This document shows, in pieces, positions 26,637 to 38,400 of a stretch of DNA of 64,000 nt; within the stretch, counting starts at the first letter, position 1, and every line of letters begins with the position of its first letter. This DNA comes from Dendrobates tinctorius (Eukaryota). The position numbers were made by a program, and so were the translations under genes. The stretch spans positions 124,001-188,000 of the forward strand of contig NW_027362312.1 in NCBI RefSeq assembly GCF_039654945.1, written 5' to 3'. The notes under the pieces are model-generated. The model saw only the letters and a program-made list of their open reading frames with translations. It ran no database searches and was not told where the DNA came from.

Positions 26637-26987
26637 CTAAAATAAAAAATGCATAAAATGACTAAGTGCTCTCCGCCATCGGCGGCTCCTCGTCTCTACA
26701 GTAACTGATCGGCGTCTCCCGGCAGCTCTCACGTCGCTGACACATTGTGACGGAGCGCTGCAGGGAACACTAATTCTGCATCTTTCGGATAGGCCGCACT
26801 GGAGCAACCATTTCTTGCAGCGACCCAATCGACCGTTTTGTTACGTGTGCCCTACCACCTTCAGGACCGCTGCGCAGACATTATGAGGTTAAAGCTGAAC
26901 TTCCTCCATCAGAGACAGTGGAGACCAGTGTCACAAACTCCCAGCTGTGCGTAGTGCCTGCTGCCATCTGTAGGGGGCGCCACGCAC

Positions 26988-27214
26988 CTGGCTCTGCCGG
27001 CTGCGCCGCTCGGGTGTCACCGGCTCCTTCGTCCACTTCTGTAGGGCTGTCGTCCTCATCACTCAACTCCACGGTCTCGTCGGAGCTGTCGCCCTCGCCT
27101 CCCGGGGGGGCCCTCGTTGGCACCGAGGGCCACGCCACGTTCCCGTCGTTGGCAGACATGGCCGTCCTCAGGTTTCCCGTTAATTGGAAGAGGTTGTGGA
27201 AGGCTTGGTTACGC
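26988..27214 (-). CDS. RFWD3: RFWD3 coding exon 2 (acidic N-terminal region)
   Basis: RNQAFHNLFQ...GDSSDETVELSDEDDS; phases 2/1 consistent. Confidence 0.82.
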
Positions 27215-27285
27215 CTGGAGACAAAACACAGATGAGAGCAGCAGGCAGCGGGCACCGCGAGGCGGCCAGCAGCGCCGTCACCTAC

Positions 27286-27629
27286 CGCATGCCACCGGCA
27301 CGCTGCGAGGACGCTCTCTGGCGGCTCCGGGCACTCGTCCTGCGGGCTCGGATCTGCTGTGAGGCGGAGCGATGCTCTGCTGCCTGGCGCAGCTGCTCTA
27401 GCGCCCCCTGCAGCATGTGCAGCGCACTGGAATTGTGAGATGGCGGGGGAGAGTAGATGGGGATGAAGACGCCCTGCCGGTCCCCAGCCTCCACGCTCCG
27501 AGCCGCTGTCCTCTGTCCGGGAATGCTGCTGAACACCAGTGACGGATCCAGCGCGACGCGAGAAAACACGGGCGGCTCCGGGAGGAAGCTTCCCCCAGAA
27601 AGGTCCACGTCCATCTCCTCCTGCGCCAT
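27286..27629 (-). CDS. RFWD3: RFWD3 first coding exon
   Basis: MAQEEMDVD start (human MAHEAMEYD); acceptor 8 nt upstream of the ATG; GTAGG donor. Confidence 0.85.
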
Positions 27630-27740
27630 CACGAGGCCTGCGGGAGACAGCAGCCACAAAGACAGGACGGTCAGCAGCCGGAGAGAAAAGCGCCACACAT
27701 GGGGGGAGGGGGGACAGGAGGAGGCGCCACACACGGGGGG

Positions 27741-27855
27741 GAAGCTTCCCCCAGAAAGGTCCATCTCCTCCTGCGCCATCACCAGGCCTGTGGGAGACAG
27801 CAGCCACAAAGACAGGACGGTCAGCAGCCGGAGAGAAAGGGGGGACGCCACACAC
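27741..27855 (-). other. Duplicate of the RFWD3 branch point, acceptor and ATG, 150 bp upstream and in frame
   Basis: Near-identical to 27585-27700; second ATG at 27779, second acceptor exon start at 27787. Confidence 0.9.
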
Positions 27856-29940
27856 GGTGTTGCGGCGGTATACACACAGGAGGACGTCACACACGGGGTC
27901 GCGGCGGTATACACACGGGGGGACGGCACACACGGGGCCGCGGCGGTATACCCACACGGGGGGGGGGACGTCACACACGGGGCCGGGACGTCACACACGG
28001 GGCCGCGGCGGTATACCCACACGGGGGGGACGCCACACGGGGCCGCGGCGGTATACACACGGGGGGACGGCACACACGGGTCGCGGCGGTATACACACGG
28101 GGGGACGTCACACACAGGGCCGTGGCGGTATACACACGGGGGGACGGCACACACGGGGCCGCGGCGGTATACACACGGGGGACGTCACACACGGGGCCGC
28201 GGCGGTATACACACGGGGGGACGTCACACACGGGGGGACGTCACACACGGGGCCGCGGCGGTATACACACGGGGCCGCGGCGGTATACACACGGGGGACG
28301 GCACACACGGGGGGACGGCGGTATACACACGGGGGGACGGCACACACGGGGCCGCGGCGGTATACACACGGGGCCGCGGCGGTATACACACGGGGGGACG
28401 TCACACACGGGTCGCGGCGGTATACACACGGGGGGACGGCACACACGGGGCCGCGGCGGTATACACACGGGGGACGTCACACACACGGGGGGACGTCACA
28501 CACGGGGCCGCGGCGGTATACACACGGGGGGACGTCACACACGGGGCCGCGGCGGTATACACACGGGGGGACGTCACACACGGGGGGACGTCACACACGG
28601 GGTCGCGGCGGAATACACACGGGGGGACGCCACACGGGGCCGCGGCGGTATACCCACGGGGTCGCGGCGGTATACACACGGGGGGACGTCACACACGGGG
28701 CCGCGGCGGTATACACACGGGGGGACGTCACACACGGGGCCGCGGCGGTATACACACGGGGGGACGTCACACACGGGGCCGCGGCGGTATACACACGGGG
28801 GGACGTCACACACGGGGTCGCGGCGGTATACACACGGGGGGACGTCACACACGGGGTCGCGGCGGTATACACACGGGGGGACGTCACACACGGGGCCGCG
28901 GCGGTATACACACGGGGGGACGTCACACACGGGGCCGCGGCGGTATACACACGGGGGGACGTCACACACGGGATCGCGGCGGTATACACACGGGGGGACG
29001 TCACACACGGGGCCGCGGCGGTATACACACGGGGGACGTCACACACGGGGCCGCGGCGGTATACACACGGGGGGACGGCACACACGGGGTAGCGGCGGTA
29101 TACACACGGGGGGACGGCACACACGGGGTAGCGGCGGTATACACACGGGGGGACGTCACACACGGGGCCGCGGCGGTATACACACGGGGGGACGTCACAC
29201 ACGGGGTCGCGGCGGTATACACACGGGGGGACGTCACACACGGGGCCGCGGCGGTATACACACGGGGGGACGTCACACACGGGGCCGCGGCGGTATACAC
29301 ACGGGGGGACGTCACACACGGGGCCGCGGCGGTATACACACGGGGGGACGTCACACACGGGATCGCGGCGGTATACACACGGGGGGACGTCACACACGGG
29401 GTCGCGGCGGTATACACACGGGGGACGTCACACACGGGGCCGCGGCGGTATACACACGGGGGATGTCACACACGGGGTCGCGGCGGTATACACACGGGGG
29501 GACGGCACACACGGGGTAGCGGCGGTATACACACGGGGGGACGGCACACACGGGGCCGCGGCGGTATACACACGGGGGGACGTCACACACGGGGCCGCGG
29601 CGGTATACACACGGGGGGACGTCACACACGGGGCCGCGGCGGAATACACACGGGGGGACGTCACACACGGGGCCGCGGCGGTATACACACGGGGGGACGT
29701 CACACACGGGGCCGCGGCGGTATACACACGGGGGGACGTCACACACGGGGCCGCGGCGGTATACACACGGGGGGACGTCACACACGGGGCCGCGGCGGAA
29801 TACACACGGGGGGACGTCACACACGGGGCCGCGGCGGAATACACACGGGGCCGCGGCGGTATACCCACGGGGTCGCGGCGGTATACACACGGGGGGACGT
29901 CACACACGGGGTCGCGGCGGTATACACACGGGGGGACGGG
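27840..29940. repeat. 39-bp CpG-rich minisatellite in RFWD3 intron 1
   Basis: Unit acacacggggccgcggcggtatacacacggggggacgtc. Confidence 0.95.
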
Positions 29941-30300
29941 GCTCGTGTGGACATTTCGGGGGGGGATACACGATGCCCGGCCACGGCACAGACAGAGGAC
30001 ATTTTGGGGATGTATATATGGGGCACGGACACTATACGGGGGGTCTCAGGCTCGGGGGGGACATTTCAGGGGGGGATGTATATAGGGGGGTTATGTATAT
30101 GGGGGGGGTCTGGTCACATGACACACGCCCTCCCTCTTCATGGTCTGGTACATCCCGCCGTCGCTAGAATGTTCTGCCCTCCCCATTTTCAATGCAGAAT
30201 GGAACATGCCAATACAGGATAGAGCCAAACCACTGCAGCATGGGGGGGATCATCACAAGGCCGGGCCGGCTATTGCAGTGGTCAGAGCCGTCGGCGGTAC

Positions 30301-30460
30301 CTATCGGAGGACTGCACAGCGCACAGCCCGGGGTCCTCGGCCCGGAAGTCGCCCGCCAGTCCTGTCCTCCCGTCCCCTCAGATCATCCTCCCCGCCAACC
30401 GCCAGCGCTCCGCCCGCTCCTGATGAGGCGGGCCTGTTACCACGGCAACACCCGGAAGTG
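30301..30460 (-). other. RFWD3: Probable non-coding exon 1 of RFWD3
   Basis: AG|GTACCG donor at 30301/30300 inside a CpG island; 5' end not determinable. Confidence 0.5.
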
Positions 30461-31040
30461 AGCGGCAGCCTGTAACCAGCTGTACGCGGACTGTCAGTCA
30501 CGGTGGAGCTTGTCACGTGACCGCCGGGCAATTGGCGGGAAATTCATGTTCCGCGGTGTGAGGCGCCTGACAGGGTGTGCGCGCTGTAACCATGGCGACA
30601 GAGTAACGCGCTGTGCACACAGAGCGGCCGTTTGCGGCTTTCCAGGCCCCACGGTTCTTCCCTTTGTGTGACTTTTCTCCTCACTGATCGTCGCCCTCTT
30701 TCGCCCCTTGTGACCGGCCATTAGACCCACCAGCACTGGGGTCTCTGGGCGCAGAGGTCGCCGGCGTCGTCCGGGCCACGGTGTCAGTGACGGCCGGACG
30801 TTCTCGGTGTCCTGATGGGGCAGATGGCCCGCGGGGGACGTACGCTCAGCACGACGTCCGGTGTGACCAGTCAGAATCCTCACGCCCTGGTCAGGACCCG
30901 GACGGCTGTGGACCCATTATTGGGCGATTGCCTGGGAACCTTTTCCCCATTACCAGCAGCCGAACCTGCGCCAACACCCTGCCTGAGCCGAGGAAGAGGG
31001 GCTGCGGGCCGAGACCGGGCGGCCATCGGTGAGTAGCGCA
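30340..31040. promoter_or_regulatory. RFWD3 CpG-island promoter
   Basis: ETS CCGGAAGT near 30342 and 30452; RFX X-box-like sites 30436-30449 and 30586-30599; GTCACGTGAC 30512-30521; E2F-type TTGGCGGGAAA 30532-30542. Confidence 0.7.
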
Positions 31041-31476
31041 CCGCACACGGGAGGAACGGATCTAGTAAGGCGGCCTGTCAGCAGGATTGTGCTCACTGAC
31101 TGCACAGAGCGTCATGCTGACTACACTGATACCTGCTGATGAATCTGTCTTGTGGTTCTTGTGGAATCTGGATTTGTAGCGTTCAGTTACTGAGATTCTC
31201 GCCCTCCGGCCTGGGATGTGGAGCTCTGCTTAGACATTCATAATGAAGCCTGCTGACAGGTCCCTCACTGCCCCGCCCCCTAATTTACATAATGGATATT
31301 ATATATATTGAGACAAAAATCATCACCAGGGGCCGACGCTGCGGGAGATCATGTGTAATGTGCATTTCATCCTTTTATGTGATGCTATAAAGTAATTATA
31401 AAGGTGTCACAATGGCTGCAGCCGCCGCTCTCGGCCCTCACTTGCTCAAGGGGATTCTGTTTTTTCTCGATATATA

Positions 31477-32370
31477 CAGTACAGACCAAAAGTTTGGACA
31501 CACCTTCTCATGCAAAGAGTTTTCTTTATTTTCATGACTATGAAGATTGTAGATTCTCTCTGAAGGCATCAAAACTATGAATTACCACATGTGGAATTAT
31601 ATAATTAACAAGAAAGTGAGAAACAACTGAAAATATGTCTTATGTTCTAGGTTCTTCACAGTAGCCACCTTTTGCTTTGATTACTGCTTTGCACACTCTT
31701 GGCATTCTCTTGATGAGCTTCAAGAGGTAGTCACCGGAAATGGTCTTCCAACAGTCTTGAAGGAGTTCCCAGAGATGCTTAGCACTTGTCGGCCCTTTTG
31801 CCTTCACTCTTCGGTCCAGCTCACCCCAAACCATCTCGATTGGGTTCAGGTCTGGTGACTGTGGAGGCCAGGTCATCTGGCGTAGCACCCCATCACTATC
31901 CTTCTTGGTCAGATAGCCCTTACACAGCCTGGAGGTGTGTTTGAGGCCATTGTCCTGTTGAAAAATAGATGATGGTCCAACTAAACCCAAACCGGGTGGA
32001 ATAGCATACCGCTGCAGGATGCTGTGGTAGCCATGCTGGTTCAGTATGCCTTCAATTTTGAATAAATCCCCAACAGTGTTACCAGCAAAGCACCCGCACA
32101 CCATCACACCTCCTCCTCCATGCTTCACGGTGGGAACCAGGCATGTAGAGTCCATCCGTTCACCTTTTCTGCGTCGCACAAAGACACGGTGGTTGGAACC
32201 AAAGATCTCAAATTTGGACTCATCAGACCAAAGCACAGATTTCCACTGGTCTAATGTCCATTCCTTGGGTTCTTTAGCCCAAACAAGTCTCTTCTGCTTG
32301 TGGCCTGTCCTTAGCAGTGGTTTCCTAGCAGCTATTTTACCATGAAGGCCTGCTGCACAAAGTCTCCTCT
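31477..32370 (-). mobile_element. Truncated Tc1 element (3' TIR and C-terminal transposase)
   Basis: TA-CAGTACAGACCAAAAGTTTGGACAC end; WSDESKF, QQDNGLKH and SPDLNPIE motifs; N-terminus lost at a TTAA insertion. Confidence 0.9.
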
Positions 32371-32372
32371 TA

Positions 32373-33240
32373 AGGCTGGGTTCACACGTAGCGGAACTCT
32401 CGCGGAAATTACCGCGAGAATTCCGGAATTCCATTCTGTGGGAAAATCGCATTTTAAATTCCCGCGATTTTCCCGCAGAAAAACTAGCATTTTGCAAGCG
32501 AAATTAGCTTGCAGAATTGCTAGCGTTTTCCAGTGATCTGTAGCATCGCTTGGAGAACTGACTGACAGGTTGGTCACACTTGTCAAACATAGTGTTTGAC
32601 GAGTGTGACCTACTTTTTACTATTGAGGCTGCCTATGCAGCATCAATAGTAAAAGATAGAATGTAAAAAATAATAATAAAAAAAATAATTTTGTTATTCT
32701 CACCTTCCGACGTCCCGCGCAGCCTTCCCGCCTCTCTCCACACTCCCGGTCCCAGTAATCCTTTGCGACAATTACCGCGATGACGTCTGTTCTCGCAGGA
32801 TCGCGACGTCTCGCGGTCATTCACGATGACCGCAAGAACGGACATCATCGCTCACAAAGGATTACTGGGACCGGGAGTGTGGAGAGAGGCGGGAAGGCTG
32901 CGCGGGACGTCGGAAGGTGAGAATAACAATATTTTTTATTTTAAATTCTATTTTTTACAGGGATATGGTGCCCGGAGGACAGTCTCCTCTCCTCCGAACC
33001 GTGGGTACCATCCGCAAATGTTCTGCTTACTTTTCGCATGGTGTGCACAGCCACATGCGGAAAGTAAGCAGAACAATGCATTCCTATGGGTGCGGGATCG
33101 CCGCGATTCCGCGAAATTAATGAGCATGTTGTGTTTTTTACCGCGAAGCGATTCCGCCGCGGTAAAAACCGCAGCATTAGCACAGCATTGCGGAATCCCA
33201 TCGGAATGCATGGGATGCTTATTTTTCGCGTTTTCGCAGG
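32373..33240. mobile_element. T2/Kolobok-like MITE with an internal hairpin
   Basis: TTAA-GGCTGGGTTCACA end; ~75-bp perfect inverted repeat 32691-32765/32855-32929; right end not seen. Confidence 0.7.
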
Positions 33241-33934
33241 TATCGGTGTAATCAGTATAGCAGCACCGACCTGAAGCAGCCTGTAGTCTTTGAGCACAAT
33301 CCTGCTGACAGATATCAGTGTAATCAGTATAACAGCACCGACCTGACACTGTCTGTACTCTCTGAGCACAATCCTGCTGACAGATATCAGTGTAATCAGA
33401 ATAACAGCACCGACCTGACGCAGCCTGTAGTCTCTGAGCACAATCCTGCTGACAGGTATCAGTGTAATCAGTATAACAGCACCGACCTGACACTGTCTGT
33501 ACTCTCTGAGCACAATCCTGCTGACAGATATCAGTGTAATCAGAATAACAGCACCGACCTGACGCAGCCTGTAGTCTCTGAGCACAATCCTGCTGACAGA
33601 TATCAGTGTAACAGCACCGACCTGACGCAGGCGGTAGTCTGTGAGCACAATCCTGCTGACAGATATCAGTGTAATCAGTATAACAGCACCGACCTGACGC
33701 AGCCTGTAGTCTCTGAGCACAATCCTGCTCACAGATATCAGTGTAATCAGTATAACAGCACCGACCTGACGCAGCCTGTAGTCTCTGAGCACAATCCTGC
33801 TGACAGGTATCAGTGTAACAGCACCGACCTGACGCAGCCTGTAGTCTCTGAGCACAATCCTGCTGACAGGTATCAATGTAATCAGTATAACGGCGCCGAC
33901 CTGACGCAGCCTGTAGTCTCTGAGCACAATCCTG
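33241..33934. repeat. 72-bp minisatellite with 60-bp variants
   Basis: Unit tgagcacaatcctgctgacagatatcagtgtaatcagtataacagcaccgacctgacgcagcctgtagtctc. Confidence 0.93.
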
Positions 33935-34291
33935 ATCACGGGCACAGTGATTTCTATGGGAGGGTATAGCGGGCATGATCTGGGACCTGTGCAGATGTAC
34001 AAGGCTCATTTCATAGGTGGGGAAGGAGCTGTGACCTGTACACACTGGCTGCTATAGCACAGCGTTGTGTCCAATAATACCGCACACATTATCAGTAATA
34101 CTTTATATTTAATAGGTGGATCTAGTGTCAGGACAGATGTCACAGGTGCAGCCATCATATGCTCCTCTGTCTGGAGGTATACCCGCATCCTTGGGACAAG
34201 CGCTGACAGCTTCCACTGCCCCGTGACATGCTGAAATCTGTAGTGCTTCCATCCTCTTCTGCGAGGTGCACCGTGGCCTCGGTGCGTGGTC

Positions 34292-34338
34292 CTAGGCCTC
34301 CATCTGATTCAAGAGAGCGATCAGCAGATCTGCAATCT
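34292..34338 (-). CDS. MLKL: MLKL last coding exon
   Basis: tttgcag acceptor, phase 1, (E)IADLLIALLNQMEA*; positional match to human EILKKL; ATTAAA near 34108-34113. Confidence 0.72.
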
Positions 34339-35269
34339 CTGCAAACAATGCACATTACGCCGTCATTACCATGTATCCAGACACCAAACATCTAAACATG
34401 GAAATCCTGAAAATGTCTCTCTTGTCCCCAAAGCAACTTATAATGGCGGAAAATGAAAGTGCATGAACTGAAATATGACTTCTGGCCGTCACTGCGCCCC
34501 GATTCCTCTAGTACAGGGGGGCACAATATTTTCTGGTTCAAGGGCCGCACTGACCTGATGAACCGCTCCCAAGATCGCCATGAAGCTTACTGTGGGTGCT
34601 CTCTGCTAGGACAACCCCTCCTAAAATCCCTTCTATGCTTTACCTATGTAATGAATGTCTCTTGCACCGTTCCAGTGGTGTTGGCGCAGGGTCTCTTGAG
34701 GGTCTTGTGACACTGTTATGCCATGTGAGCCCCCTGCAGCCAGTCAGCGACTGCTCACCTCCCCCTGATGGCCCAAGTTCATCTACAGCAGCTACGGGGG
34801 GCTCACATGGCATAGTAATGTCACAGGACCCTGAAGAGACCCAGCGCCGACATCACCGGAACGCTGCCGGAGCGGAGACATACTGATGGGGAATTCAGAT
34901 TGTGACCTTAATGGGGACAGTAATGATGTCTGTAAAGCGCTGTGGAATATGATAGCGCTATATAAGAGCGTAAAATAATTATCAATTGTGTCTTACATTG
35001 GGGAATATAGTATTTAAAGTGAATCTCACCAGTTCACCACCTAATCTGAGAGTGGCATGGAAGAGACGGAGATCCTGATTCCAGCCATATGTCGCATCCT
35101 GAGCGGCTTACTGCAGTTTTGATAAAATCACTGTTTTATCAGCAGGAGCTTATCACTATTATAATAATTTTATTTCTATAGCACCAACATATTCTGCAGC
35201 ACTTAATTCAGCAGGAGCATTAACAGACATCAGAAAGACATCAGGAGGAACTGCTGTTTGTAAGCTACA

Positions 35270-35400
35270 ATACTGGATGAAAAGGGTGAAGTGGTCAAAA
35301 ATGAGGTTGAGATGGTCAAACGTTTACATTCCTATTTTTCATCTGTGTTCTCAAAGAACGCAAATGTAATATCAACTGATCTTCACTGTGCTATCAAAGG
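35270..35400 (+). mobile_element. CR1 LINE ORF2 fragment
   Basis: DEKGEVVKNEVEMVKRLHSYFSSVFS resembles the CR1 KAELLNxFFASVF segment. Confidence 0.55.
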
Positions 35401-35430
35401 AGATAGACCAAAGAGAATGGAGACGCATTG

Positions 35431-38400
35431 GGGTGGTGCAGCACTGTGGAGAGGATGGGTAGGTGGTAGACAGATGAGAAGTAGATGTAGGGCGGTGCAG
35501 CACTGTGGGGAGGACGGGTAGGTGGTAGATAGAGATGAGGAGATGTAGGGTGGTGCAGCACTGTGGAGAAGACAGGTAGGTGGTAGACAGAGATGAGATG
35601 TAGGGCGGTGCAGCACTGTGGAGAGGATGGGTAGGTGGTATACAGATGAGGAGGAGATGTAGGGCGGTGCAGCACTGTGGAGAGGAGGGGTAGGTGGTAT
35701 ACAGATGAGGAGATGTAGGGCGGTGCAGCACTGTGGAGAGGACGGGTAGGTGGTAGACACAGATGAGGAGATGTAGGGTGGTGCAGCACTGTGGAGAGGA
35801 CGGGTAGGTGGTAGACAGAGATGAGGAGATGTAGGGTGGTGCAGCACTGTGGAGATGTAGGTGATAGACAGAGATGAGGAGGAGATGTAGGGCGGTGCAG
35901 CACTGTGGAGAGGATGGGTAGGTGGTAGACAGATGAGGAGATGTAGGGCAGTGCAGCACTGTGGAGAGGACGGGTAGGTGGTAGACAGAGATGAGGAGAT
36001 GTAGGGCGGTGCAGCACTGTGGAGAGGACGGGTAGGTGGTAGAGATGAGGAGGAGATGTAGGGCAGTGCAGCACTGTGGAGAGGAGGGGTAGGTGGTAGA
36101 CACAGATGAGGAGGAGATGTAGGGTGGTGCAGCACTGTGGAGAGGACGGATAGGTGGTAGACAGAGATGAGGAGATGTAGGGTGGTGCAGCACTGTGGAG
36201 AGGACGAGTAGGTGGTAGACAGATGAGGAGGAGATGTAGGGTGGTGCAGCACTGTGGAGAGGACGGGTAGGTGGTAGACAGAGATGAGATGTAGGGCGGT
36301 GCAGCACTGTGGAGAGGAGGGGTAGGTGGTAGACACAGATGAGGAGGAGATGTAGGGTGGTGCAGCACTGTGGAGAAGACAGGTAGGTGGTAGACAGAGA
36401 TGAGATGTAGGGCGGTGCAGCACTGTGGAGAGGAGGGGTAGGTGGTAGACACAGATGAGGAGGAGATGTAGGGTGGTGCAGCACTGTGGAGAGGACGGGT
36501 AGGTGGTAGACAGAGATGAGATGTAGGGTGGTGCAGCACTGTGGAGAGGACGAGTAGGTGGTAGACAGATGAGGAGGAGATGTAGGGTGGTGCAGCACTG
36601 TGGAGAGGACGGGTAGGTGGTAGACAGATGAGGAGATGTAGGGTGGTGCAGCACTGTGGAGAGGACGGGTAGGTGATAGACACAGATGAGGAGATGTAGG
36701 GTGATGCAGCACTGTGGAGATGTAGGTGATAGACAGAGATGTGGAGGAGATGTAGGGCGGTGCAGCACTGTGGAGAGGACAGGTAGGTGGTAGACAGAGA
36801 TGAGGAGGAGATGTAGGGCAGTGCAGCACTGTGGAGAGGACGGGTAGGTGGTAGACAGGTGAGGAGATGTAGGGCAGAGCAGCACTGTGGGGAGGATGGG
36901 TAGGTGGTAGACAGAGATGAGGAGATGTAGGGCGGTGCAGCACTGTGGAGAGGACAGGTAGGTGGTAGACATAGATGAGGAGGAGATGTAGGGCGGTGCG
37001 GCACTGTGGAGAGGACAGGTAGGTGGTAGATAGAGATGAGGAGATGTAGGATGGTGCAGCACTGTGGAGAGGAGGGGTAGGTGGTATATAGATGAGGAGG
37101 ACATGTAGGGCAGTGCAGCACTGTGGAGAGGACGGGTAGGTGGTAGACACAGATGAGGAGATGTAAGATGGTGCAGCACTGTGGAGAGGACGGGTAGGTG
37201 GTAGACACAGATGAGGCGATGTTGGGTGATGCAGCACTGTGGAGATGTAGGTGATAGACAGAGATGTGGAGCAGATGTAGGGCGGTGCAGCACTGTGGAG
37301 AGGACGGGTAGGTGGTAGACAGAGATGAGGAGATGTAGGGCAGTGCAGCCCTGTGGGGTGGACGGGTAGGTGGTAGACTGAGATGAGGAGATGTAGGGCG
37401 GTGCAGCACTTTGGAGAGGACGGGTAGGTGGTAGACAGATGAGGAGATGTAGGGCAGTGCAGCACTGTGGGGTGGACGGGTAGGTGGTAGACTGAGATGA
37501 GGAGATGTAGGGCGGTGCAGCACTGTGGAGAGGACAGGTAGGTGGTAGACAGAGATGAGATGTAGGGCGGTGCAGCACTGTGGAGAGGAGGGGTAGGTGG
37601 AAGACAGAGATGAGGAGATGTAGGGTGGTGCAGCACTGTGGAGAGGACGAGTAGGTGGTAGATAGAGATGAGGAGATGTAGGGTGGTGCAGCACTGTGGA
37701 GAAGACAGGTAGGTGGTAGACAGAGATGAGATGTAGGGCGGTGCAGCACTGTGGAGAGGAGGGGTAGGTGGTAGACTCAGATGAGGAGGAGATGTAGGGC
37801 AGTGCAGCACTGTGGGGTGGACGGGTAGGTGGTAGACTGAGATGAGGAGATGTAGGGCGGTGCAGCACTGTGGAGAGGACAGGTAGGTGGTAGACAGAGA
37901 TGAGATGTAGGGTGGTGCAGCACTGTGGAGAGGACGGGTAGGTGGTAGACAGAGATGAGGAGATGTAGGGTGGTGCAGCACTGTGGAGAGGACGAGTAGG
38001 TGGTAGATAGAGATGAGGAGATGTAGGGTGGTGCAGCACTGTGGAGAAGACAGGTAGGTGGTAGACAGAGATGAGATGTAGGGCGGTGCAGCACTGTGGA
38101 GAGGAGGGGTAGGTGGTAGACACAGATGAGGAGGAGATGTAGGGTGGTGCAGCACTGTGGAGAGGACGGGTAGGTGGTAGACAGAGATGAGGAGATGTAG
38201 GGTGGTGCAGCACTGTGGAGAGGACGAGTAGGTGGTAGACAGATGAGGAGGAGATGTAGGGTGGTGCAGCACTGTGGAGAGGACGGGTAGGTGGTAGACA
38301 GATGAGGAGATGTAGGGTGGTGCAGCACTGTGGAGAGGACGGGTAGGTGATAGACACAGATGAGGAGATGTAGGGTGATGCAGCACTGTGGAGATGTAGG

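Noticed and set aside
27840-30222. RGG-rich 921-aa plus-strand ORF
   Set aside because: Intronic minisatellite antisense to RFWD3; frames switch at indel monomers
31640-32497. 285-aa ORF as an intact transposase
   Set aside because: The N-terminal ~40 aa derive from the inserted MITE and the DNA-binding domain is missing
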